58,654 bases of DNA from a virus (lineage: Duplodnaviria; Caudoviricetes): positions 1 through 58,654 of the IMG/VR virus record IMGVR_UViG_3300043775_001123; one strand, given 5' to 3'. The stretch's first letter is position 1; each line of letters begins with the position of its first letter. The notes under the pieces are model-generated. The model made no database searches, was not told the origin of the DNA, and saw only the letters and a list, made by a program, of their open reading frames with translations. Shown here piece after piece: positions 47,415 to 57,300 of the stretch. A program made the translations under genes and the position numbers.

Positions 47415-50400
47415 TGGGTAAAATTCAAAATAATTTTCTAAAGGCGACAGTTAATAAGGATCTTGATGAGAGATTAACTCCTAACGGACAGATGACAGAT
47501 GCTACCAATGTTATGGTTATATCTGAAGATTCTGGTAATGTTGGTGTTTTAAAGAATATAAAAGGTAACTTAAAAGTTACTAATACAGGAATAGTAGGAG
47601 CAGAAACAATAGGCAGTATTTCAGATGAAGCAAAGAATAGAGCTTTTTATTTTGTCAAGGGTCTTGGATATGATTACGTTATTCAATATGATACTGAGGT
47701 TGATGATGTGAATACTGCATATACTATTGTATTGCAAGATACAGCAGGTCGTGTATTAAATTTTGATACCGAATATCGCATATCGCATTCTGACATATTT
47801 ACAAGTGTAGAGGGAGATGATTTATTATCTTGGACTGATGGTTTAAATCCTCCAAGAATAATCAATATAGAGAGAGCTAAGACGTATGGTATTGATGGTT
47901 TTTCAGAAGATGAAGTATCTGTAATGAAACCTTCTCCTATTTTTGCTCCAAGTGTAACTCAATTTCAATCTACAAATATTGACTTTGCAGGATTCCTTAG
48001 AGATAAATTCTTATCATTTGCTTATAGATATAGATATAAAGATGGATATTACTCTTCGTTTTCTTCGTGGAGTCCTTACGCCTTTACTCCAGGTAGCTTT
48101 AATGTTGATTTAGATACGTCAACTAATTTATCTATGGAGAACATATCCAAGTCTTATGAAATATCATTTAATACAGGACCAAGAGAAGTAGAGGAAGTAG
48201 AGTTAGTATTTAAGATATCTAATAGTAATAATGTTTATTCTATTATTAAGTTAAATAAAGCAGATGAAGTATGGGCTGATAATTTCAACAAATCATACTT
48301 ATTTGAAAATTATAAGGTTTACAATGTATTATCTGAGAATGAATTTTTTAGAAGTTTTGATAACGTACCATTAAGTGCTTATGCTCAAGCTAGGATAGGT
48401 AATAGGTTAGTTTACGGAAACTTTGTTGAAGGTAGAGATATAGATTCTAAAATAGACTTTTCAGTTGATTATGATAGTCAAACTATTAATACATTAGATA
48501 TAGAGGATGTTGGAAGTTACGAAGCTCCTTATGAAATACCATCTCTTGTAGATTTTTGGGGAGTATCTGATCGGACTATAGTTAGTTCAGGTGAAGGTAT
48601 AAGCATAGATTATGAAACAAATATTATAACACTTGAAAATATTTCACCTACTGACGATAGGAGATTTCAAGTAAATGTTACACTACAAAAAGAAGCTACT
48701 TTTTCTTCTGTAGGTTGTTTTTGTGATGTATATGTTGACGGTATGTTAGACCATACATTTTCATTTCCTTCTGGAGTTACAGAAGATGAGCAAGGAATTA
48801 CATTATTTATACCATCTTTTTATAAACCTCCTGGATTTTCTTGTGAAGTATATCTTGTTGTTAGGTCTGATAGTCCTTTGTTATGCAAATTAAAGGCTGA
48901 TTTTGGAATATTGTCTGCTTCTCCGCCTTATATGTCTATAAAAGGATTTGATACGGATGGGTATTATCAATTATTCTCTAATGAAGATAATCTAATAAAT
49001 AAGAAATCTTTAGATATTGATTTTACAAATATACCAGTTATAGATGGTACACAAATATTATTTGAGTTTGATATAAGAAGTTATTTCTCTCCAAATGATT
49101 TGTTGCAACCTATAGATAATCCTAATTTATATAAGTTTCCATATACTGTAGTTGGAACTTACTTAACTAAAGAGGATTTTATAACAAACTCTAACTTTAT
49201 ACCTCAACTTGAAACATTCTTTTCAGCACAATTAGCAGATGCTGATTCAAACATACCTGGAGCTATCAATGTTGTAGTAGATCCGTTATTAACGAGTTTC
49301 GACCCTATTACAAACGTATTAAACTTAATAATACCAAATAGAACATTAGATGTAGAAGAAACTGGAAGTGGTGATTTAGAAGAGAAGATAGATTATGTTT
49401 TTTGTGAAGGTGTATTAATATCATATTCTTTAGGTACACTATTTACAAGTATGCACTCTTCAAGAGATTACGAAGTTGGTATGGTATTCTTGGACAATAA
49501 AGGAAGAAAGACAACTGTAATAGATTCAAAAAATAATAGCGTATATGTTGAAGCTATTAACTCAGTAACTCAAAATGTATTAAAAGTAACGACTACTGGA
49601 ACACCTCCTAGTTGGGCTAAGTATTATAAATTTGCTGTAAAGTATAATAGAGGAAAATACGAGACTATATTTACAAAGAAAGTATATACTGTAGGTTTGT
49701 TCTCTTACTTAGAACTTGTTGGGGATAATAAGAATAAAGTAAAAGATGGTGATTACCTTGTGGTTAAGAGTGATTTAAACGGTCCTTTAAATAGTTATGT
49801 AAAAGTAAAGGTATTAGAGGCTAAGTTTTACGATAAAGACGAAATAGATACAGATACAGAAAGTGGGTTTTTCTTTAAGGTAAAGGCTGGTAATTTTGAT
49901 TTAAGAGTTTCGGAAGATGACTTTTTAGAATTTATTGGTCCAGCTAAATCATATAGAAGTCCTTACTATATTGAATCAGCAAAAGTAGAACTTCCGATTG
50001 GAACACCGTTAGCTTTCACAAGTGGTAATGTAGTTAGGTTTGTATCTTATTGTAATAGAGGTGGTAGTTCTTCGTTTGAGAATAAAATGGACCAAGAGTA
50101 CTTACTTACAAGAGATTATGCTGACTTTAGAGCTGTGTTTGAAGATATAATTGAGCCATCAAATGCATATCAAAAGTTTGCGGTTGAAGGAGATGTTCAG
50201 ATGTCTTACAAATGGATTCCAGATCCAGCTGGTAGAACTCAAATTAGTTTTGCTCCACGTACAGGTCGTAGAAATAGCGATATAGATACCAAGACAGATA
50301 TATATGTAACAAAATCTAATATACCTGTATTCGAAACAATACCATTAGATAGCGATAATAACGTATATGTAGAAACCCCTAGAACTTATGTAATAAATAA

Positions 50401-51820
50401 TGGTCAGTATCAATTCACAACTCACACGTTAAGTGATGTGTTTAATTGCTATTGTTTTGGTAATGGTGTTGAAAGTATATCTGTTAGAGATGAGATGACT
50501 ACAAACTTCTTAAATTTAGATTACGCTGTAAATGCAGTAAGTGAAGATATATATAGACAAGTAGATAGATATGCTGATTTAACATATTCTGGTATTTATC
50601 AAGAGAGTACAAACGTGAATAGATTGAATGAGTTTAATCTATCGCTAGCAAACTATAAAGATGATTTAGAAAAGTCTTTTGGTCCTATTAGGGTATTAGA
50701 TTCAGAAGCTACAGATTTACTTGTAATTCAGGAAGATAGATTTAGCAAGGTTTTATACGGTAAAGACTTACTTTATAATACAGATGCAACTACAAACTTA
50801 TCAAGAATAGAAGATGTATTAGGTCAACAAGTAGTTTATGGTGGTGAATACGGTATTTCATTTCAACCTGAATCTTACGACTCTTACTCTACAAACGCAT
50901 TTAGCGTTGATATAAAGAGAGGTTGTGTTGTTAGGCTTAATGATAGTAATGGTCTTATGGAAATTAGTTCTAATGGAATGAGAGATTACTTTAAGACTTT
51001 ATTTAGAGATAATGAAATCGTAAACATAATTGGTAAGTATGACGCATTCTTTGACACTTACATTGTAAATATTAAGTATTTAATACCAGGCAAAGTATAT
51101 ACATCAACACCTTATGATTATGTAACGTGGGTATATTCTCCAGAGGCACAAGGATTCTTAGGGAAGCAAACATTTAACCCTGATGAAATGCTCAGAGTGA
51201 ATAATCATTTCTTATCATTTAAAGGAGCAGATGTTTACAAACATAATATAGGTCCTTACAGTAATTTCTATGGAACATCAAATTCTTGTGGTTTTGAATT
51301 CAACTTTAATCAAGAACCTTCAACAAGAAAGATATTTAAGAATATTTCTATAGAAGGTAATACCCCTTGGCAAGTAGCTCTTAAAACCGATATGCAAAGT
51401 GGTTATATATCAATTGCAGACTTTAAGAATAAAGAAGGGGTTTATTATGGATACGTTAGAGGTGACGATGCGGTAGATACAGCAACATTAGCTGTTAGTG
51501 GTATAGGAACAATAAGTAGTATTGTAGGTAACGTTGTTAACTTTAACGGAACTATATCTACTTTAATTAGTGTTGGTGATTTAGTTTTCGATACAAACTT
51601 ACAACAAGTAGGTACTATAACTGGTATTACAAGCAACTCGATAACGATAAATAGTACGTCACTTATTTCTATAGGAATGTTCTTATTATCTGCAAAACCT
51701 AGTAGTGTAGAAACATCAGGTATTAGAGGTTATTATATGAATGTAAAAGCAGAATTAAACACAACAGGATACGCTGAGGTTTACGCCTTAAATTCTGAGG
51801 TATCTAAATCTTTTGAATAA
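47414..51820 (+). CDS. Tail nozzle/stabilisation protein (P22 gp10/crAss muzzle-like)
   Basis: NKDLDERL.PNGQ..DA.N N-terminus, WTDG.NPPR, GNRLVYGNF, YGISFQPES, KEG.YY; 1468 aa beta-rich. Confidence 0.7.
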   Translation: MGKIQNNFLKATVNKDLDERLTPNGQMTDATNVMVISEDSGNVGVLKNIKGNLKVTNTGIVGAETIGSISDEAKNRAFYFVKGLGYDYVIQYDTEVDDVNTAYTIVLQDTAGRVLNFDTEYRISHSDIFTSVEGDDLLSWTDGLNPPRIINIERAKTYGIDGFSEDEVSVMKPSPIFAPSVTQFQSTNIDFAGFLRDKFLSFAYRYRYKDGYYSSFSSWSPYAFTPGSFNVDLDTSTNLSMENISKSYEISFNTGPREVEEVELVFKISNSNNVYSIIKLNKADEVWADNFNKSYLFENYKVYNVLSENEFFRSFDNVPLSAYAQARIGNRLVYGNFVEGRDIDSKIDFSVDYDSQTINTLDIEDVGSYEAPYEIPSLVDFWGVSDRTIVSSGEGISIDYETNIITLENISPTDDRRFQVNVTLQKEATFSSVGCFCDVYVDGMLDHTFSFPSGVTEDEQGITLFIPSFYKPPGFSCEVYLVVRSDSPLLCKLKADFGILSASPPYMSIKGFDTDGYYQLFSNEDNLINKKSLDIDFTNIPVIDGTQILFEFDIRSYFSPNDLLQPIDNPNLYKFPYTVVGTYLTKEDFITNSNFIPQLETFFSAQLADADSNIPGAINVVVDPLLTSFDPITNVLNLIIPNRTLDVEETGSGDLEEKIDYVFCEGVLISYSLGTLFTSMHSSRDYEVGMVFLDNKGRKTTVIDSKNNSVYVEAINSVTQNVLKVTTTGTPPSWAKYYKFAVKYNRGKYETIFTKKVYTVGLFSYLELVGDNKNKVKDGDYLVVKSDLNGPLNSYVKVKVLEAKFYDKDEIDTDTESGFFFKVKAGNFDLRVSEDDFLEFIGPAKSYRSPYYIESAKVELPIGTPLAFTSGNVVRFVSYCNRGGSSSFENKMDQEYLLTRDYADFRAVFEDIIEPSNAYQKFAVEGDVQMSYKWIPDPAGRTQISFAPRTGRRNSDIDTKTDIYVTKSNIPVFETIPLDSDNNVYVETPRTYVINNGQYQFTTHTLSDVFNCYCFGNGVESISVRDEMTTNFLNLDYAVNAVSEDIYRQVDRYADLTYSGIYQESTNVNRLNEFNLSLANYKDDLEKSFGPIRVLDSEATDLLVIQEDRFSKVLYGKDLLYNTDATTNLSRIEDVLGQQVVYGGEYGISFQPESYDSYSTNAFSVDIKRGCVVRLNDSNGLMEISSNGMRDYFKTLFRDNEIVNIIGKYDAFFDTYIVNIKYLIPGKVYTSTPYDYVTWVYSPEAQGFLGKQTFNPDEMLRVNNHFLSFKGADVYKHNIGPYSNFYGTSNSCGFEFNFNQEPSTRKIFKNISIEGNTPWQVALKTDMQSGYISIADFKNKEGVYYGYVRGDDAVDTATLAVSGIGTISSIVGNVVNFNGTISTLISVGDLVFDTNLQQVGTITGITSNSITINSTSLISIGMFLLSAKPSSVETSGIRGYYMNVKAELNTTGYAEVYALNSEVSKSFE

Positions 51821-51826
51821 AAGAGG

Positions 51827-51834
51827 TATATTTG
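51827..51834 (+). promoter_or_regulatory. Bacteroidota -7 element (TATATTTG), 4 nt before ATG
   Basis: TAnnTTTG-CA. Confidence 0.5.
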
Positions 51835-51838
51835 CAAT

Positions 51839-52246
51839 ATGGAATTAAGAGCTGTTAAATATAGTGATTACGAGCAATTAAAGGAGTGGTGGAGCTTTTG
51901 GGAGTTCCCTGCTCCTCCTATCGTTGCACTACCTAAATACGATGAAGAAACAACTACAGGACTAATGGTTACTAAGGATGGTGTAGATGTTTGTGCTGGA
52001 TTTTTATACGAAACTAATTCAGCATTATGTTGGTTAGAATTTATAGTAGCAAATCCGAATGTAAGTAAAGAAGACAGAGGAGAATGCCTTGATAAACTAA
52101 TACAAGAATTTACAATAGAAGCTCAGTCATTAGGCTTTGGAGCTATCTTCGCATCAATTAAACACCCTTCTTTGCTAAATAGATATATAAAGGCAGGGTA
52201 TGAAGTAGGAACAACAAATACAAACGAACTTATAAAAACATTATAA
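51839..52246 (+). CDS. GNAT-fold protein (T7 gp13-like position)
   Basis: CAGFLY..NS..CWLEFIVANP...RGECL...Y.KAGY. Confidence 0.55.
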   Translation: MELRAVKYSDYEQLKEWWSFWEFPAPPIVALPKYDEETTTGLMVTKDGVDVCAGFLYETNSALCWLEFIVANPNVSKEDRGECLDKLIQEFTIEAQSLGFGAIFASIKHPSLLNRYIKAGYEVGTTNTNELIKTL

Positions 52247-52251
52247 AATAT

Positions 52252-52989
52252 ATGGGTGCAATGACAGCAATAGCAGCTACAGGAGCATTAGCAAGTGGTA
52301 TTCAAGCAATATCAGGAGCAAAGCAACGTAGAGATGCAAAGAATGCATTAGAGAATTACGAAAGACAAAACCTAGAGAATGTAGCTGAAGGGTTACAAGT
52401 ATCTACATTAGGGTCTGACTTACAAAGAGAGGAGCAAGCAAGATTAGCTGCATCTCAAGTTGGGGCGTTACAAGGCGCTGGTGTTAGAGGTTTAGTTGGA
52501 GGTTTAGGTAGAGTTGAAGCTGGTAATCAAATGACTAATAGAGAAATTGGTGCTAACTTAGATGCTCAGCAAAAACAAATAGACCAAATGTACGCTCAAG
52601 ACCAAGCTAATATAAGAGGTATGCAAGAGCAAAGAGAAGTTGGTGATATATCAGCATTATCTTCGCAATATAATGCAGGAAATGCAATGATGTGGCAAGG
52701 AATTGGAGGTATCGCACAAAGTGGAATGTCTGCTTTATCAAATCCTAAGTTATGGGGAGGAGAAGGAAAAGGAACTACAACTACAGGAGGAACAACAACA
52801 CCATCTACAACAACCACTTCTACTCCAACAACAACTCAGTTTGATATGTATAAGTCTCTAAGCGAAACAATTGGTAATATGGGTAAAACTGCACAACAGC
52901 CAACGACAAATAATTTTGGATATGTAGACCCTAGAATGAATCAATATTTAATGGGTCAGTTTTATAGTCCTAATCAAAGAACACAATAA
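52252..52989 (+). CDS. Internal virion/ejection protein 1
   Basis: A/G/Q-rich amphipathic N-terminus; position after nozzle. Confidence 0.55.
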   Translation: MGAMTAIAATGALASGIQAISGAKQRRDAKNALENYERQNLENVAEGLQVSTLGSDLQREEQARLAASQVGALQGAGVRGLVGGLGRVEAGNQMTNREIGANLDAQQKQIDQMYAQDQANIRGMQEQREVGDISALSSQYNAGNAMMWQGIGGIAQSGMSALSNPKLWGGEGKGTTTTGGTTTPSTTTTSTPTTTQFDMYKSLSETIGNMGKTAQQPTTNNFGYVDPRMNQYLMGQFYSPNQRTQ

Positions 52990-52991
52990 TT

Positions 52992-54353
52992 ATGGCAATA
53001 GGTAGAGTAGGAAGTTTTGCAACAGTAGAGCCAGCGTTAGTTGACTTTGGCTCAATGGCTGAAAGAAATATAGATAAAATTAAGGCTGAGGAAGAAGCTA
53101 AGAAGGTGGCTAAGGCTAAGGCTGAACAAGCTAAAAGAGATGCTGTAAAAGATATTAAAGACCCTAATATACAAAAAACAATTGGCATTGGAGCTATAGA
53201 TGAAGGTATTTCTAGAGCTATGAGAGGTGAGTTTGAAAGATTTGCTGATTACAAATCAATTGGTGATGCAGATAATGCTGGAAGGTCTGCCAGAAAGATG
53301 AATATAGTTGCACAACAATCGGAATATTTACAAAAAGCAATGTCAGATTATCAAGCAGCTATAAAAACAGGAGATGATATTAATCCAGAAGCCTATAGAG
53401 GAGTTATGAATTTCTTGACAAACTTAGATAAAGATAAAGTTAAGGTTTCTTTTGAAGGAGATGACCCTACAATTTCTGTAATGAATGAAGATGGTACATA
53501 TCCAGAGCCTAGCAATTTAGTTGATTATGTTCAAAATGTATTAACTCCAGTTAGAAATTATGTTGAAATAGACGACATTAAAAAGGTTACAGACACAATT
53601 AAAGCATCTGTTACTGAAAGCGGAAGCTACGCTTTAAACACAAAAATTACAGATATAAACAGCAAAGAATCAGCTCCTCAAGTAAATGAATTAAGAAGAC
53701 AAGCTAAACTAAGAACTTCTCTTGATGAATCTATGTTTAATTGGTATAATAACCAAAGAGCGCAAAATAATAAGCTTCCATTTAAAGTTAGTGGTTGGAC
53801 TGATGAAGAGAAAAAACAAGCAGAGGATTATTACTTCAATACATTTAAAGATTCTTACAATAGAGAGGTTGAGAAAGGATTTGGTAGTACTGGAGGTGGT
53901 TCTGGAGGAGGAGGTAAGGAAACTCCAAGTATTCCTTCTATAGTAGAACCTGTTGTAGCTGGTACTGTTGGTTTCAATGACTCAGTAGATAAATTATTTA
54001 GAAACGGAGGATATACTAGACCTATCTTTAAAGGAGATAAAGGAAATGTTAAGATAAGTGGATTAGATTTAACTAACATTATGGTTAATAAAAATGGAAA
54101 TATAGTATTTGTTTTAGAACAGCCGATTGGGTCTTCTACAGGTTTAGGAGGAGCTAATGAGTCAAATAAAGAAGCAGGTAATACATATATAACAGCTTCA
54201 GATAAAGGGTTTAGAATTGCTAGAGAAAAAGCTAAGAATCTTTTAGGGTTAAAAACAGATAAACAATTAGCTTCTTGGGTATCAGGCGGTGAATTAAAAT
54301 TTAATTCTAACAACAATAATAATAGAACTGAAGCACAAGAAAGAGGGCTTTAA
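52992..54353 (+). CDS. Internal virion/ejection protein 2
   Basis: Helical N-terminus, GGGSGGGG linker; position before giant gene. Confidence 0.55.
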   Translation: MAIGRVGSFATVEPALVDFGSMAERNIDKIKAEEEAKKVAKAKAEQAKRDAVKDIKDPNIQKTIGIGAIDEGISRAMRGEFERFADYKSIGDADNAGRSARKMNIVAQQSEYLQKAMSDYQAAIKTGDDINPEAYRGVMNFLTNLDKDKVKVSFEGDDPTISVMNEDGTYPEPSNLVDYVQNVLTPVRNYVEIDDIKKVTDTIKASVTESGSYALNTKITDINSKESAPQVNELRRQAKLRTSLDESMFNWYNNQRAQNNKLPFKVSGWTDEEKKQAEDYYFNTFKDSYNREVEKGFGSTGGGSGGGGKETPSIPSIVEPVVAGTVGFNDSVDKLFRNGGYTRPIFKGDKGNVKISGLDLTNIMVNKNGNIVFVLEQPIGSSTGLGGANESNKEAGNTYITASDKGFRIAREKAKNLLGLKTDKQLASWVSGGELKFNSNNNNNRTEAQERGL

Positions 54354-54371
54354 TATAAAATTAAAATTAGT

Positions 54372-57300
54372 ATGATTCAAGATCCAGAATACGTAAAAAA
54401 AGTACATAAAGCATTAACTGATAAAGTAGATGGTTTTAATAAAAGTTTAGAGGAATTTTCTGCTTCATTAAATGATGATAAATACGTAAGCAATGTATAT
54501 AAGGCTTTGAGTGATAAAATTGATGGATTCAGTAAAACTCCTGAACAATTCAAGTCATTAGTATCTTCACCTAAACCTCAAAAAAAAAATTCAAATTCTA
54601 CTGGAACGACTCCTCAAAAGGTGTCAGCTACAAAACCGCAACAGAAAACTACTACTTCGGTTGGAGAGAAACCAGTAAAAACTACGCCTTCGGGTTCTTC
54701 GTTTGGAGGAAGTAATAATATGTATGGTGGTTTAAATGTATTACCACCTGCACCACAGCCTTCTTCTAAGAAACCAATCCCTGTTATGGGAGAGGACATT
54801 CAATTAACTACTAAAAAAGATGGTGTTAAAACAGATATGTCTGGAAATGTTATTTTAGATACAACAAAAAAAACACTTGGTATTCGTGATGAAGATAAAT
54901 TTAAGGAATATAAGCAAGAATTAGAAAAAGTAGACGATAGGTTAGATGTGGCTATAAAAGAAAAAGTAAGCCCTAGAATATCTTATGAAAACTTAAAGAG
55001 CGAGTTAGATGAGTACGAGTTCTCTGATGTTATAAAAGAAGGTTTAAGAAATACTTATAATTCGTTAATAGGAAATCCATTATCTATAATATCTTCTAAA
55101 TTAGGTTCAGAAAAAGATTTTTATATAAAAAAAGGAAATCCTTTAGAAGAACAAAAAAAGAGAGCTGAAAAAGAATTTGCCGAACAAGGCGTGTCTGTGT
55201 CTCCTCAAAAAATACAAGAGAGAGCGGAAGAACTATATATACAAGATGATGTATTAAAGCAAAAACTATCAATTACTGACGAGTTTTTCAGTTCTATAGA
55301 CAAAGGACATCTTACACAAAAACAATTAGAAGTAGTAAAAAAAGCTGAGGTATTTAATAAAAATCAAGAAATAAAGTCTAAGTATCTACTATATAGAGAA
55401 AATGACAGCAAGATAAACGCTTTAAATAATTTCATATTAGAAATAAATAAAAAAGGAGCTGCTACAGAAGAAGATAAAATAGAATACAAAAGACTTTTAA
55501 GTTTAGCTACTGATGCTGAAGAAACAAATAAACAATTATCAACTCAATTTGCATCTGATTTAGAAAAACTAAAAACAGACGAAGAGAAATTAGAATTACT
55601 TAAATACAATTACAATGATTTAGAGGCTTTTAATACTTTTTTAGCATCAAATATCACAGGACTTTTAGGTGGTGGTTTAAAGCTTTTAGGTGAAACAGAA
55701 GATTTTTTACTTGAAAAAGTTGGATTAGAAGGTGAATCTATTAGAGCGAACGCATACAAAAGTATTGGTGGAGAAATGATTTCTGCTTCAGAAGAAGCTA
55801 AAAAGCCTTTTAGAGCTATGTCTATTGAAGATATAAATAACTTAGGCGATCTTGGTTCTTGGTTTACTCAAACTTCTTCATCTACATTAACTAGTGTTGC
55901 CGCTATGTATTTTGGTGGTGGATTTGGTCTTACTGCTTTATCTATGGGGGCTGGAGGTCAAAGAATAGCCGAACTCGAAAAAGAAGAAGCTTTAGGTTTG
56001 ATACCAAAACAAAGTAATGGAGAAAAGGTATTGGCAGGGTGGTTTTATGCTGGAGCTAGTTATTTTCCTGAGAAGTTTGGTACGTTTAGATATTTACAGA
56101 ATTTAAGAAAAACATTTTCAACATTAAATTCTGAATCAAGAAGATTATTTAAAGACTCATTTTTAAAGTCTTCTGCAAAAATAGTAACGTTAACAGGTGG
56201 TCAATCTTTTATTGAAGGAGGCGAAGAGGGTGTTACATCTTTAATTGAAGACGTTACAGATATTTATTTAAGCGGAAAAGAATTGAATAGCAATGATATA
56301 GCTAGAAAATTCAAGAATGCAACAGCTGCTGGTATAGCTAGTGGAGGCACTATGTCTTTAGGCGGTAATTTATCGTTAATGTATTATAGCAACTTAAATC
56401 AATTAGCAGTATCCAAAGATATAAAAGAAAGCAGAAGATTGTTAATTGAAATGGAATCCATAACAGAAGAGTTGAATACAAATACATCATTACTTGATTC
56501 TGATAAGGTTATATTAAATAGAAAATTAAACGACTTAACTGAAAAGTTATTTGAAAATGTAACTAAAACAGAAAACAATGTCGGAAATATATCTTTAAAT
56601 GAGATTTCTAAAGTTATAGATATAAATAACGAACAAGCTAAAATTAAAGAAGAGTATGATAATTTAAGAAGTTCAAATATATCTAAATCAATAAAGGATT
56701 CTAAAGTAAAAGAATTAGATGCTAAATTTGTTTCACTAGAAGCTATAAGAAACGACATTCTTAATGGTAAATATAATGTATTATCATTTATCACAGAAGA
56801 AGAATCAACTAAACTTAAACTACAAGCTGCTGAAGAATTAAAGGCAGAAGCTATAGCAAGTGGCATTGAAGAAGGCAAAGTAAATATTAAGGAAGAAGAA
56901 ATAACTAAAAGAGCAATAGATAACTATGAAAAACAATCTAAAGAAACTACAGTCGAAAAACCCACTAAAGAAGGACCTACAGGGCAAGAAAACGTACAAG
57001 ATGTTACCTCAACACAAGGACAACAAGATAAAGTCGTACAAGAAAAAATAGACAACGTAGATAATAGACCTATTTCAGAAAGACAAGCAGAGGCAGAATC
57101 TAAAATAAAAAGAAAAGATTTATTTATTGGTGTTGGAGAATTCTCTACAGAACTTGGAGGTAGCGATAAGGCTGCTGTTCCTGTATCACATAACGAGAAT
57201 AATGGCATTGAGGTTGTTGAGTATGCACATCCAGACACTGGTAGTATAGATGTTATTGTTACTGGAAAGTCTGAAAACGATTTTGTTGGATTTTATCGTG

